Shown in pieces: positions 13,739-27,800 of a stretch of 64,000 nucleotides of DNA (positions within the stretch are counted from its first letter, which is position 1; the number at the start of each line of letters is the position of its first letter). The stretch comes from Azolla caroliniana (Eukaryota > Plantae > Polypodiophyta): contig JBHGNT010000022.1 of assembly GCA_043228905.1 (NCBI GenBank), forward strand, positions 10,602,001-10,666,000, in the 5' to 3' direction. Both the position numbers and the translations under genes were made by a program. The notes beneath the pieces were generated by a model. That model did no database searches, was not told the origin of the DNA, and worked only from the letters and a program-made list of their open reading frames with translations.

Positions 13739-14827
13739 ATGTTCATAATGTTGTTTTGTAAGAGTGCTAGATACTTTGTGAGTGTGAATATGTTGGTGTT
13801 TTCTGATGTTGCAGAGTCTAAAGGGTTTGAAACTATTGCTCCTAAGGCCGACAACAATGTAGAAATTGTTGATGTTGTTGCGTGTTTAGCGGGCCCCATC
13901 TTGAAAGTAGATGTAGGTATTGACACAAATGATTTGGTCACGCAAGTAGATCAAGCATGTTGCAATGATGATCTGGTCACGCAAGTAGTTCAAGCATGTT
14001 GCACAGATGATCTAATTTTGCAGGTAGATGTAGCATGTGATACCAGTGGGATGATATGGAAAGCAGAAGTATCTACATGGACAAAGCCACACCCAACGAC
14101 TACACAATACGAAAACAATGTAAAACTAGACCCAACGACTGCACAATACGAAAACAATATAAAACTAGACCCAACGACATAGTCAACCAGGGGTTTGAAG
14201 AGGAAAAGAACACCAATTGTATTAACAGAACCTAAGTTTATTAAAATTGATCGTGTGCTACCAAAACTTGGTGTAATAGAGGCTCAGTTGCAAGAATGGA
14301 AACCTAAACCATTAGAAGACGAAAGAAGAGGCTTGATCTTGGAGCTTGATAAAGCCCTGATGAATGTGTGATATATGCAGCCAAGGAGGGATGTGAATCA
14401 ATTTCTAGAGTGGGTTGTGCAATACTTTGATTTGTTTATTTGGAGTGAAAAACCACGTACAGATGTGTGGAAGTGTGTAGAAAGATTCTTCCCAAAGTGC
14501 CAACAACATTTCAAAGGTCAATGGACACGAGAAAAATGTGAGTAGAAGGATACTGCATGGTTCAAAAGACTTTCTAATTTTTGGGATACCTGGCTAAAAT
14601 ATAATGAAGACAATATGTTGATTGTCGATACGAAACATTTCTGGCATTACTTCAACCTTCGCAGATGTTGTCTCATTGTGCCCAAAGAAATGCCTAATAA
14701 ATACATGGTGAACACTTTTAGCTGCCAACTAAATGCATGGTTGTGGACTCCATACCGAGTTTGGTATGCATATCACATATGTAGAGAAGTTCCATTGACT
14801 GGCAAGACCTTAGTTGTTTATAGGTGA
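13739..14827 (+). pseudogene. FCP1/NIF-like HAD phosphatase-fold relic with repetitive N-terminal linker
   Basis: One frame through stops: LILELDKAL, PRRDVNQFLEWVVQYFDLFIWS, QWTREKC, WFKRLS, NMLIVDT; canonical DxDxT not retained. Confidence 0.55.
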
Positions 14828-15339
14828 TTTGTAGACATTGCCAATGGTGTATTATAAATATGTAATTTGATGACAAATTAATCAATGAAGAATTAAATCC
14901 CTTGTTTTGAGTAAATTTTCTAGTGTAATTTTTAAATAGGTCCTTGATTTCTAATTTCTTGTTGTTACTTGTTCTCAAAATAGTGTTTGAACTTGTACAT
15001 GTTTCAGTTGAGAGTAAAAAATTCATTGCCAACATGTATTCGAGACAGTAAATACACAATTAACAGACACTAAAAATGAAAGATGCATTTAATAGACTAC
15101 AAAACAGGTTTATTAAGAAACAAGAACAAAAAGAAGACTAAATATAAAAAAGAAGACTCCCAAATGATTTTATTAAACTATTTTTTTGTAATACAACTAC
15201 TTTGTCCACTTTACAAGAAAACTGGTATGATCTCACAGTAGCTACAAATTCCACGGCATACTATTGTAAATACATTCATACATATTAGCACTAATAGTGT
15301 ATAAATCTGAGCAGCTATTGTATTGCAACATCGAGATGT

Positions 15340-16946
15340 TGATGCGCCTGACCAAATGGGAGTACATGTACGCTACTGGTTAGTCTTCTAAAAGCCTATA
15401 CACATAATCGTAATCATCTAGTCTTCCATAAAAAATACCTTTGATGTAGAATGTCTCGACCGATTCAAAATTTTCCCAAGCATCTACAATATTTTGCGTT
15501 GCACATTGTTTACAAACCGTGCACTTCAATGGATAGAAACCAACACCCTCTGAATTATCTTCTTCTGCATTTATAGAGAAATTATCCCCAACATTTATGA
15601 CGTCACTTAGAGTATCTCGACGTCCATGATATGTGAAGTCAGCATTGTTTTTTGTTTCTCCATCAATCGCTTCCTTATCATTCAATGTATGGTGCTCCCA
15701 ATTCTAAATATATGCTTTGTTTAAACAATGCCTCCAATTTGCCCACACACAATGGAAGCAAAAACTAGTTAATTCTCTAACCACAATACAATGATCATCC
15801 AACCTAGAATAACCCCAAACAACATGGAGAGATCACAAATTGGGAATTCCTTGCCACTCCCATGTATTCTCCCTATTTACTTCATCTATCCTCACTTCCC
15901 AAAATACGCGTTTGATATCTTAGACCTACAAGGAATAAACACCAGTTGCACTCGTTGACATATTAGTTCCATCTCATCTCCAAACTTGTTACAGAAGGAT
16001 ACCTTCCAACAAAATAAACTGGACTTCTAGCCTTGAATTGTGATGCACCTCCGTTAGGCCAGACCCAATGTTCAGTAAGCTCCAAATGTTGACATAATAA
16101 CCATTGCCAATGTAACTTAAAACAATGTTGGATAAATAAGGTATAATACTTCTTATCATCAGAAATAAAAAAATGAATTACTTTCTTAACATCACCTGAA
16201 ACTCGAAAATATGTTATGTGCCTAAAAATGGTTACTTGCATTAAACACCAATGCATGGATTGAATTTCCTTCTACTATATGAAGGTATAGTTCTCTGCAA
16301 AATCTACTATTGAGACTACTATATCATTTAGAAAATCAGATATGCAAGTCTTAAAATGATGGGCCTGCCATGAATAAATGAAGTTGTGTTTAATGAACTT
16401 TCCTAGAGATACAACTAGAGACGCCAAATCCCTTTTGTTTAAGCGACTTCCTAACTAGGTCCTTTCTTTTACACACCTTTCCTTTGAAATTGGTGTCCAC
16501 AAACTTAAATAGCTTCATAGAGATTAATATTTCACTACTCAACTCTTTTGGACACCACCTAAATTGGCTAGGTCCACAATCTTGACATAAACCCATGACA
16601 CATTTATAATTGTGGAAGATAGCCTCAGATTCTCTCGGACACAATAGTGAATCTAAAGTACCACTCATGGAAAAGATAACATACTCTGATGATTTACAAT
16701 GATTTTGGAGTCTAGATCAACAAATTGGGCACTCACAAGTGCAGACTGCATCGTTTAGGCAAGAGTTATGGTGACGTAGTAGATTAACAGAATCCTTGAG
16801 AAAACCCATTTGTACATGGTAAATGCAACATCATGTGTATCTATCCTTTAAGCATCTCACAAAGTGTGGCTTAAGATACTCGAATGTTCGTAGTTGAACT
16901 TTGATATTTGGATGCATTCGCTTAAACCTAATAAATAAATCTACCT
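15340..16946 (-). pseudogene. Sola2-like DDD transposase relic
   Basis: FKRMHPNIKVQLRTFEYLKP..CCIYH; CVMGLCQDCG; IVDFAENYTF..EIQSMHW; HFFISDD; VWPNGGASQFK; third catalytic segment apparently deleted; many stops. Confidence 0.65.
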
Positions 16947-16984
16947 ACATAATAAGAAGAGAATCCAGTGAGTATTCTAATGCT

Positions 16985-17325
16985 ATCTGATGTAGCTAGT
17001 TAGGTATTACCAATAGCTATTGGCTATTCCTAGTGAGTTAGTTATTACTAATAGCTAGTTAGTTATGATCATATTCTGATGTAGCTAATTAGCTATTGTG
17101 GTAGCTAATTAGCTGATAATAGCTAGTCAGCTATTGCTAGTTAGCTATTTTGAGTAGCTAATTAGCTATGATGATATTTTGATGTAGCTAATTAGCTATT
17201 GTGGTAGCTAATTAGTTGATAATAGCTAGTCAGCTATTGCTAGTACCTAGCTAGCTATTTCAAGTAGCTAATTAGCTATGGTCATATTCTAATGCTAATT
17301 AGCAATAGTGGTAGCTAATTAGCTT
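16985..17325. repeat. Second TAGCTAATTAGCTA array, upstream of the Sola2-like exon (probably intronic)
   Basis: Repeated GTAGCTAATTAGCTAT; ~104-bp higher-order duplication (17078-17180 vs 17180-17290); minus-strand AG acceptor near 16947. Confidence 0.85.
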
Positions 17326-17959
17326 ATAAGGTTTGTCCAACACTAGACACAAATAAGGATTGTCATGCTAAGCAACCCTCCATCAGTATCATGTCTTCTT
17401 GGTGAACGTTCCAAATTGTCGCGCTTAAGTAGCACACATATGAGTGATCACGCAATGTCAACATATTTGTGTGGCAATGTTTGGGAATTTAGCGAAACAA
17501 TTTATCCAAATGGTTCCGCTTTAGGACTAGCTTTTCTGTGACAATTGCAACTTGGTTAGTGCCTATATTTCTTTGTTAGAGCACATCACATTAAGTTTTT
17601 ATCACAATTCTAAAGCATGCATTGCAAGCAAAGCATTCTTGTCTGGGCTAAAAAAGGTTCCAACGAAAAAATATAGTACCCAATTTTGCTAATAAGTAAG
17701 CATATTTCCTCACACATATATATACATAACTTCGGTTATTTCACATTAGGAAAACCCATTATAGTTCCTCCATTTAAGGGTACACACATGAAATTTTCCC
17801 ATATCTTGCAAAAGGGAAATTTATTAAACGAATAAATAAAACAATACAATAAGATAATAATAATTTGTCATTATGACTTTAAATTAGATCATCAAGCTCG
17901 CAGTTGTATTGAAGAGAAAAATTCTCTTGTTGTGGCAGGTGAAACTCCAACATAACCAA

Positions 17960-18741
17960 ATTCTAATCTTATGGCGTCCATCATTCGATGCAAATAATAT
18001 TCATTGCCGGTCATGTGCTCCCCTCATATTGGACACATGCCATTGCTATCTCAGCCACTTTCCATATAGATGATACGTTGTACTCATTCCTATGTCTTTT
18101 GTCGACAATTTTTTCTATTTCACCTTGGTCGTAAAGCATTTGAAACCTAAATTACTTTTGTAATCAATCTAAAAGAGATGTTCCCTAAGCTCAAATATAT
18201 TGGCATAAATGATGATTACCCTTTGAGATATCTGAATGTTAGTATTTCCGGTTTTTGTGTCTCTTATTGAAGGTTGTTGACCCCACATAACTTCGAAGAG
18301 AACTACCCCAAACTATATACATCAACTCTTTCTGTCAATATCAACGTCAATGCATACCTAGATTAAAAGGACATTGAAAGAAATCATGATTTGGAGTAAA
18401 CAATTTGTGATTTCACAAATTACATTCACGAGATAAACATCAAATTTTACTCCTCACACAAAAGCTACTACAAATAGTTGTGTTAATTAACTTTAGATGA
18501 TTTAAAATGTTAACTTCTGAAACATTCTAAGAATAAATGGATTATATGAAAACGTACTCAGGATCCAGATATTCCATGCTACCAATCAACCTTGTTGTGA
18601 AGTCGTCCCCATTGGCTTGTAGCGTTGATATACCAAAATCAGATATTTTTCCTTCTAAATCTTTGGTCAACAAAATGTTACTACTCTTGACATCCCTATG
18701 GATGATCAAAGAGTTGCATCCAGTGTGTCGTTAAGCAAGCC
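17960..18741 (-). pseudogene. Receptor-like protein kinase pseudogene, C-terminal exons (subdomains VIa-XI)
   Basis: GLA*RHTGCNSLIIHRDVKSSNILL..KISDFGIS..YLDPE, intron, Y..LTERVDVYS(F)GVVLFEV, then SSIWKVAEIAMACVQ; stops and frameshift. Confidence 0.85.
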
Positions 18742-18785
18742 CTACAAGCAATGCCCTTTAAGATGAGAGTAGATTTTTCAAAAGC

Positions 18786-20195
18786 TTTTTTTCTTTTTCT
18801 TTTTTTTTCCAAAAAAAAACTCCTTCCATTAGTTATAAAAATTTACAAATGAGACTATTATGTACAAATCCCTGTAGGGATGCGATAGTTCCATCTTATG
18901 TGGATGCCCACTAACTCAAGAAAGGGAGAGGACAACCATTGTTGGATGAAGGCTATTCGTTGTCTTTCAACTCCATCAGAGTCGCCCTTGAGGCCATCAT
19001 ATTGGCTCTTTAGAGTGGCTACAATTTCACTCCATATCTCTTGTAGTAACCTTGTTGGATGCGCGGTTTGGTTGGAGAAGACCCCATATTCAATGGGACA
19101 TTAGGCAATCCCATAGAGCGTGTCATATTGATTCTACTGCATTTGGGCACTCTACACAATTAGGAGAGCTAAGGTTGCCATGTTGCCATGCTCCCACCAT
19201 GTATTAATAGCCATTGGAACGTGGTAATTCACGTCACGTGTTGGCGTTTCTAGATTTTCTACCAAAACTTGGTGATAATTGTGTGAGGAACTTGAAATGT
19301 GTGCCAAACCTTTGTAGTAGCCGGCTCTCGGGCAGTTTGAGGAGCTAGAATGTGGTGACCCAATCTAGTTATGAATTGGAAGAAAGGGATGGGTTTGGTT
19401 CCTTGCACCACATAAGGATCACGCCATGTCCATTGCAAAGGGTCCCAACTGACCTTACGTAGCCATGTGTTTTCATGAGTACATATGTGCCAATCGGGTT
19501 CTACTTTGATCGGATCATGATCTACAATCCATTTATGACCAATATATGCAACTACTCGAATTGTGGTATTCTATGTTTGTGTCTCAGTGTCTCGCAATTC
19601 AAAGCCTTCAATCTTGTCTGGTGTTCCCCTACCTCTCGAGATCAAAGATCCCTCCTCCTCGTAGCCTATCCATTTCTCCATTGTCGTCCTTTGAGTAATA
19701 ACTTCCCTAATCAGAGAGTGTTAATGATTTCTGGTCTCATAGTCCATCCATCCCTGATTCAATGGAGTATGTTGGCTTGATCTTGTAGTGGCAGTGACAT
19801 AAACCATCTCCAACATTCTATACTTTTTCCTAGACCTTCTGCAATGTATCCCCATGAGAACCCCTTATGTGATCCCCGTAGTTGATTAGATTCATCCTTG
19901 ATACATGGGCTCCACAGGATACATTGACTGAGCCAAGTAGGTTCGGACCTCGGTTGATCGCACGTGAGCCCTCGTCTAATGTGACACCATGCTTTCCACA
20001 TGGATGCACTGAATCTATCCTCCAATTGGCAGGAGAAACTAGGTTTGAGATCCATGTTTAGAATCCATCCCATTTGGGGGGCCCAATTGACCCCTTTTCG
20101 TGGCCTAAAGTAAGCAAAACGTAACTGCAGTAGCATTTTCCAATAGTCATTTCCTGGTTGGAATCCTCGCACCACAAATTTGGCAAGTAAGGCTC
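18786..20195 (-). mobile_element. LINE (L1-like) 3' part, degenerate, with poly(A) tail
   Basis: ALLAKFVVRG..WKMLL post-RT region; T-rich tract 18786-18808 corresponds to a minus-strand poly(A). Confidence 0.65.
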
Positions 20196-20451
20196 ATGGT
20201 TGTTTACGTACCCATATTTAATGTTTAAATACGTATAGTACCTCGTCATTTGTATAGTACATACTATACCTCAATGTTGTTCAGTCCAATATCATGTAGA
20301 TTCGTCTAATACGGTATTTAACGTATTTATAAAAAAACAGGTATAATATGTATTTATAAAAAAAATGCATGTAAAACCCCAACAAAAAGCAAAAGAAAAA
20401 AAAGATTTTAGTTAAAAAGAAGCCAAAGGAAGGAAGAAAGAAGAATAGAAG

Positions 20452-20937
20452 TGTTGGGAAATCGGTCTCTCCGGATGGGATCCGGTGATGAATAAAGAGG
20501 ACCCGGTGAGAACTGGAAGAGAAGACATATCTATAAATATGTTTTGAGTAAGCCTATTGAGGCTATATTTGTAAATAACCCTAAGTTCATATAAGTATAA
20601 ATATGACTTAGGGCAATCACTTTATGAGTTGTTGTTGGAACTGTTGTACAAAAGAGAGCGACAGAGAGGGAGAGAGAGATACAGAGCGATACTCTGTTGT
20701 AACCGCCGCCTAGCGAAGAAAACGAGCTCGAAGTCGTTGCCTATGAGTCTCTGATTGTACCCCTTCTCTTCATAGTGATTGTTCGGAGTCTATGGGCTCT
20801 CGTGGTTTTTCCCTATTAGGGTTTTCCACGTAAACATCTTGAGTTCATTCTTTAGTTTTCATTTCTGTGTTCTCCATTCTCATCAAAGTGTTCAAGACTT
20901 GGTTGTGGCTGAGCAATATTCCATGCTATTCTCGTCA
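20452..20937 (+). repeat. 5' LTR of Copia C
   Basis: Direct repeat of 47639-48134. Confidence 0.92.
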
Positions 20938-23900
20938 ATCTGGTATTCGAGCGAACAACACAGAAAATGGAAGAATCGTTCGGCGGCATATTCAAGCTTA
21001 CTAGCTCCAACTACTCAGTGTGGAAGTCAAAGATGAGGGATATGTTGGTGTTTAAAGATCTTTGGTTGCCAGTTCAATTCGGGGACAAGAGACTGGATAA
21101 GATTGACGCCACTGTGTGGGAGGTGATGCACATGAAGACGGTGGCATACATTCAATGCTTCATCGACATGAGCCTGTACAACAACTTCAATGAAAGGAGC
21201 AAGGCTCATGAACACTGGGAGATGATCTGCATCATGTTCTAGAAACATGAATGTTGTTAATCGGGTTTCGATATTCCGGAAGCTAGTGAGGCTCCGATAC
21301 GAAGATGGCTCCAGTATGGTGGAGCACATCAAGGCCTTCCAGGGACTGATCCACCAGGCAACCTCGTTGGAAGTACCTCTTGCTAATGAGGTACTTGCAT
21401 TGCTCCTACTCGGTTCCCTCCCTGATAGCTAGGAGACGTTAGTTGTCACGTTGGGCAACACCGGGCCGGAAGTAAAATAGCTATCCCTAACAAGAGTCAA
21501 CTCGAGCTTGCTAGATGAGGATGTGTGTCGGAAAGACAAGGAGGTGATCTCTGACGCCAAAGCCCTCCTTACCAAATCGGAAAGCGGAAGACAAAGGAAT
21601 CGGAGTCCCCAAAACTGGGAAAAGTCGGGGACACGGTCAAAGTCTAGGGGGAGACCCACTTGCTTCTATTGCGGCAAGCCGGGGCACTTCCAGAAGAACT
21701 GTCGGCATTTCCGAAAAGACAAGAGAACTTACAGTACCGATTCGAAGAAGTCACCGGACCGAAACGGTTCGGATCGGCGAGGCTCGGACTGGAAGGGAAT
21801 GAAGGCGATCGCGGTAAGTGAAGAGGAACTAATGCTCATCACCGAGGAGAGTGGGTTGTCGATTCCGGACCGGAAATGCTTCTCATCCTACACAACCGAT
21901 GAGCATGGTTGTGTCCGGATGGGGAATGAAGGCACATGTCGAATTGTCGGCATAGGAGATGTGTTGTTGACAACATCAACCAGATGCAAGTTGCTACTGA
22001 AGGATGTCCAACATGTTCCAGAGGTTCGACTGAACCTAATATCAACAGGTCGGCTAGATGATGAAAGCTACATGGGTAGCATGGGGAACAGAGTCATGAA
22101 GTTCAGCAAAGGGAGTCTAATAGTGGCTCGAGCCCAGAAGATCAACACACTATACTTGATGAATACTCGGATATGCCAGGAAGAAGTAAACGTAGCATCT
22201 GACACTGCCTGTGAGCTGTGGCACAAAAGACTGTGTCACATGAGTGATTCCCGAAGACAACCTCATTCCAGTGAAGGACGTGCAACTTGAGAAGTGCATC
22301 GATTGCTTGGCCGACAAACAAAAACAAACCTCCTTCCGGTGAGGACCATAGATGAGACGGAATGCCCCACTAGAGCTGGTGCATACTGATGTGTGTCAAG
22401 TGGACACGAAGTCACATGCCGGATCGCAGTACTTCGTGACGTTCATAGATGACCACAACCGGAAGTTGTGGGTCTCAACAATGAAGATGAAGGATCAGGT
22501 GCTCTCCATCTTCAAGGAGCTCCATGCGAGAGTGGAAAAAGAAACTGGCCGGAAGCTGAAGGCGGTTCGAGCAGATAATGGAGGATAATACCGGGGGCAA
22601 TTCGAGGAGTACTGCCGGTCGAAGGGAATCCGGCTCGAATTTACCGTGCCGAAGACACCAGAACTAAACGGGTTGGCCGAAAGAATGAACCAGGCCATAA
22701 TGGAGAGAGTCTGGAGCATGCTTGCACATGCCAAGTTACCCAAGATGTTTTGGGTTGAGACGTTGACGACGGCGACCTACGTGATAAACAGATCACCCTC
22801 AGTACCCTTGGAAGGAGACTCACCTTAGAAAGTATGGACCGGCAAAGATGTATCTTACCGGCATCTGAAGGTGTTCAGGTGTCTCGCATACGTGCATGCG
22901 GCAAAGGACAAGAGAGCAAAGCTGGATCCGACGTCCAGGCCATGCATATTCCTTGGATACGGCGATGATGAGTTCAGTTACCGGGTGTGGGATCTGGTCG
23001 AGAAGAAGGTGTTCCGGAGTCGGGACATAGTCTTCATGGAAGACATGACCATTGCCGACAGGGAGTCGGAGAAGTAGGTGATGAATGTCGGATCATTCAA
23101 TGAAAACCGGCTCGAGGACAAAAGGAATTACCCGGTTGAAAACTGGACGCTAGCCGATAACCGGATGACACTCGACGAACCGGCCAGATACGGACAGGAA
23201 TCCAAACCGACCGAAGAAGACGACGAACAAGAAGAAGAAGACACTGAAACTGGACAAGATCCCGAATCGGATGAGGATGAGGAACAAATGAAGGTACCGA
23301 CAATCAGAAACCATGGACAGAGATATCCTCTCTGAGAGAGAAGAGCCTCTCGGAGATTTCCGGATGCAAAGAATGTGTTGCTAACCGATGAGGGGGAGCC
23401 GGAAAGCTTCGAAGAAGCAAAGAGAGACACCCACAGCCGCAAGTGGTTGAGTGCCATGCAGGATGAGATGGATTCCCTGCATGAGTACCGCACGTATGAA
23501 CTGATAAAGTTGTTGAAAGGAAAGAGGGCACTCTGGAACAAGTGGGTGTACAAGTTGAAACCGGGAGATGCCGGAAATCCACCAAGGTATAAGGCCCGAA
23601 TCGTGGTGAGGGGCTTCCAATAGAAGAAAGTAGTGGACTTCGATGAGATCTTTGCCCTGGTAGTAAAGATGACATCCATCCAGACGGTATTGGGCATAGC
23701 GGCAAGCATGGACCTCGAGGTAGAGCAGTTGGACGAGAAGACGACATTCCTCCATGGTGACCTCGAACAGGAGATCTACAAACACGTTCGCGTTCACAAG
23801 TGGAAGGATTGCACATTCTACTTGTAGAATCTTCTTAAAACGAAGCAAATACACCCTCTCTACAAAAATTGGATGCACTAGTATCACATGTTCCTCAACT

Positions 23901-24159
23901 TGATGAGAATTTGCAAATATAAAAATACATGATAGATCTACGACTGGAGATCATTAGAAATCATGCAAGTTTAGACATGTTGATAAGTTAATGTAGGCAT
24001 AATAAAGTTCAACTATGGCTCAATATGTCACTACTGTGCGACAAGGGAAACACTAACTTAAAGACTTATATTAATTAGGTAAGTTTTACAAAAATATCAG
24101 GTGTACTTGTATCCATACTAATAAAATGAGATATAATTTATACTTTGACCCATACGTGC

Positions 24160-24433
24160 ATGTATGTAATTGTGGAAAATGTAGGATAGTGCACATTAGG
24201 ATAAGTGATTGGAATAACTAACTTATTAAAGTATTCAATACTTGTATTTAAAGTTGATCTAATCTATTCCTCAGTTTGTTCATATGGGATCAAACCATAT
24301 GTTTATAATTGTGGACAATGTAAGGCAATGAACTTTACGATAATGTCGTGGAAATAACAAACCTATTAGGCTTTCATACCTGTATTTAAAATTGATCTAC
24401 TCTATTGCTTAGGTGATTCACACAAGATCAAAC
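24160..24433. repeat. Diverged ~138-bp tandem duplication in the left subterminal region
   Basis: Two copies of TAATTGTGGAMAATGTA...TGTATTTAAARTTGATCTA.TCTATT...GATCAAAC. Confidence 0.6.
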
Positions 24434-24826
24434 TCCGAACGATAACGCAACTGGAACCATTATCAACACACTACACAATCTAAGCAGCAATGGAATAGAA
24501 ACATAATAGTTTTAACAATAGAAGACAAAGATCCATAATAACAACATGGACAGTCATGGCAACAATTATAGGGCCATGTTCTGTTAAGGTTAGCTTGGAC
24601 CAAAATCAGCCTCCATTTAAACTAGTTCATGTTTCTCCATAAGTTTGGTAGTCAGCTATGCACGCGGTGAAACCAATGTCATAAATCTACTAATCAAGTA
24701 TATAAAAATAAAATTGAAACATATAGAAGATTATAAAGAATAGAATCCACTAGGTAAAACCCAAAATTTGTATTAATAATGTGAAATCTTAACAAATCGT
24801 CAGTGTCATATTCTTCATAGAGTCTA

Positions 24827-27800
24827 TTACATAGCAATCAATTCATCAACGTCATTTTCTTCATCATCTTGTGTAGAACTATCTTCGGCTATACGTGCAT
24901 TGGTTTCCCCTGTTAGCCGAGCCAACGAAATATCTTCTATAAGCTCATCATCAAGCTCTATTAGCTCCCCCGGTTCGCCGGCTAACGGAGGAATAGGCTC
25001 TCGCGAAGCAGGTTGAAACCTTTCTGTATTGGCGAGGTTCTTTGCACCGACCTCCTCATCTTGGTCTGGGCACTCCCACAAAGCCTTAATCTGCATATTA
25101 ATAAATATAACTTGGTCCTCGTCCTTCTCCAATGCAACTGTATTTCTAAACAGCTTCAATGCACATGCAGACGTAGTTCCTGTGATGTAAGTAACAATAA
25201 GATTTAGTTGTCAAACGAAAAAAAAGGGATTGGTTATCTCAAGATTGTTACCCTAGTTCGAGGAATACCTGTGCCAGAAAAGAGATCTAATATCCAGTCT
25301 CCTTCGACAGAAAACATCTCGATCAAGCGCATCATAAGTCGTTGAGGTTTTTGGTATGGGTTGACAAGTCCTCGTTCTGTCGTGGTGACATGTCGCAATT
25401 TCCGTGTCACTGCTGGATATACCAACAGATTTGAACCTCCCACTTCATTAGAATGCTCTTTGATTCTCTGTTTCTTAATTTCATCGAAGTAGCCAACCGT
25501 TATGTATTCAATGGCATTAACGAACCGAAAAGTTGGCCCTCTATTTACATTGGTCTTGATCCTATAAAAAATAATTCATCGAGTTAAGAATAGATTCAAC
25601 AACCTTAAGAAATGCAATATAGTGAAAGACACCTATAAATAATCCTTACCATGCAAGGTTCTCGATGCCATGGCAACGAGATCTCAAAGCTTGAGCTACC
25701 AAGTACCCTTGGTCCATACTATGAAAGACAACTATTCGCCACAAGGATGCGGTTGTTAGCTCAGCGAAATCCTTGACCATCTTCTCCAATTGTTTAAACC
25801 TAAATGGTTCATCGTCGTATGATGACCCAGCCATTCGAAATCCGTAAGGAATATCCGCAATCATTAGCATATATTCCTTCTTTGGCACCTTCTGGATCAA
25901 GTCGATGACATCACCGCAAACCACATTGTAGTAAAGATCTCTCGTAATATCTTTTTTGTGGCTAAATTTTTTAAAGGAGCCATCTTCCTCCATTTCGTAC
26001 GCCTTGACTAAGCGACGATCCTTTTCTTTTCTGGCTCGCTCGAGATGTGCAAGGAAGGATGTAGGGAAATCGTGTATATCCTTAACTTCTCCTTGTTTCT
26101 TGCCTCGACACGGTTTCTAATAGAAGCAATAGGACATCAGGTATTATTATACAAGCTCTACATATGATGAAAGGGTAATGAAAAACCATGAATACTAACC
26201 CAATCCTTGAATGCAATAAAATACTCTGCTAACGCCTTATACGAAGACGTTAGAGGATAATCCTCGGTCACTTGTTCCCAAGTTATACATCCAAGTTGTT
26301 TCATCATAACTTCTTGAATCTTCATGTACACCTTATGACTGTAAAATTAGAAATCAAGATTAGAACTTTGAATTACACCAGATAGACTACAATTTCAGTA
26401 TTTGAAAGACTTACTTATTGAACTCAATGACCATTTCTTCAAGGCTTAAATCTTTCACCACAACCCTTGACAAAACCGACACAAGAAGCTGCTCGTCCTT
26501 AATACCTTGCATCGCTCTCCATAGAGACAGCTTCATGTCGTCTGCCGCTTCTTCAATTGTCAAGTCAATTTTCTTGGCGGCTTGTGACTTTAAGTCTAGT
26601 TGAGGGTCAACCCTACATTTCTTTTGTCGTTGACCCTTTACCTCCTTATTCTCCCACATTGAGAAGATTTGATCTTGTAGGTCCCATACTTCTCCATCTC
26701 TAAACGCCAATTGAAACCAAGACTCATACTTTCGAAGACCATCGGACCTAACATTATCATCTACCACAATGCCGACTTCATGCAGACATTGACGTCGAAG
26801 GCCTGGATGTAACTTCACACCAAACTTTTGTTTCACGTCTAAATACTCATGGTGGAAGAACCGTATACGCTCAATGGACGACATTTTCTGCCTATAGTCA
26901 TTATCATTATTATGGTCCCATGCCAACAGCTTAGCCTCTTCGGTTGTGAGCCTAACATAAATTTTGCACTCGGCATACTTAAAGAAGAAAGTTGTTGGAT
27001 GTTCTCTCACAAGTTGCCGACGTGCATCTGCTGAATGCGATCCACCAATGACAAAATAATTATATTGATCATGCTTTCTAATATCAAAATCTTCAATGGT
27101 TTCACATTCTTCAGGATCTACCATAACAATAAAAGGCACCACAGTGGCATGAGGATTAATTTTCATTTTTTTCTTGAGATTTTGAACATGCATGCGGTGT
27201 GGTTCTCTAATCTCAAGTGGTCGTCGACCTGTTTTTTCATCAATAGGGGGCCGATGGATGTGTGTTATAGGCAAATTAAACACTTGCCCTTTCCTGACCA
27301 GTTTCCGTTGCATTAACTCTCTCCTTATCTTATTCTGCTCAGATGACAAAACACCCGAGGCCAGCTCAGCTCCTGGCGTCCCCTTATTATCCTCCTCTTC
27401 GTTTTCACTTGTTGAATCCGTATCCGACATTTTGGTTGTCTTCTTCTTTGGTGGTCTTGACTGGACTTTGGATACCCTTTTTGTGGCCTTCAATGGGGAG
27501 GGCATTTCATCTCTTAGAGTTACATGGCCTTGTATATAAGGCCTCAAGGTAACAATAAGGTTTTGTGAGCTATCAAGTGCTTTTTTGAATGCTTCTGGCC
27601 CACAAGATTCCTTTACTAAAAGATCTTCTGAAAGGAACACTTTACGTACCCCCTTGGAGCACTCTATCATTACCAGTATGTTGGCCGAATCTACATCTTC
27701 GTAGTCAAATCGTAGAATACGGCCATACATAAATGGGGTTTCCTTTCCAAGCTACCCCTCACCCTTCTTCTTTGCTGTATACAATACGAATTTTTTCTTT

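Noticed and set aside
7200-17900. Single delimited giant element spanning MULE, RING, FCP1-like and Sola2-like relics
   Set aside because: I could not find TIRs or a TSD by eye, so the boundaries are unsupported.
24827-27730. Bacterial or phage contamination explaining the methyltransferase
   Set aside because: The gene has five phase-compatible GT-AG introns and sits within TIRs with a TSD inside a plant Copia element.
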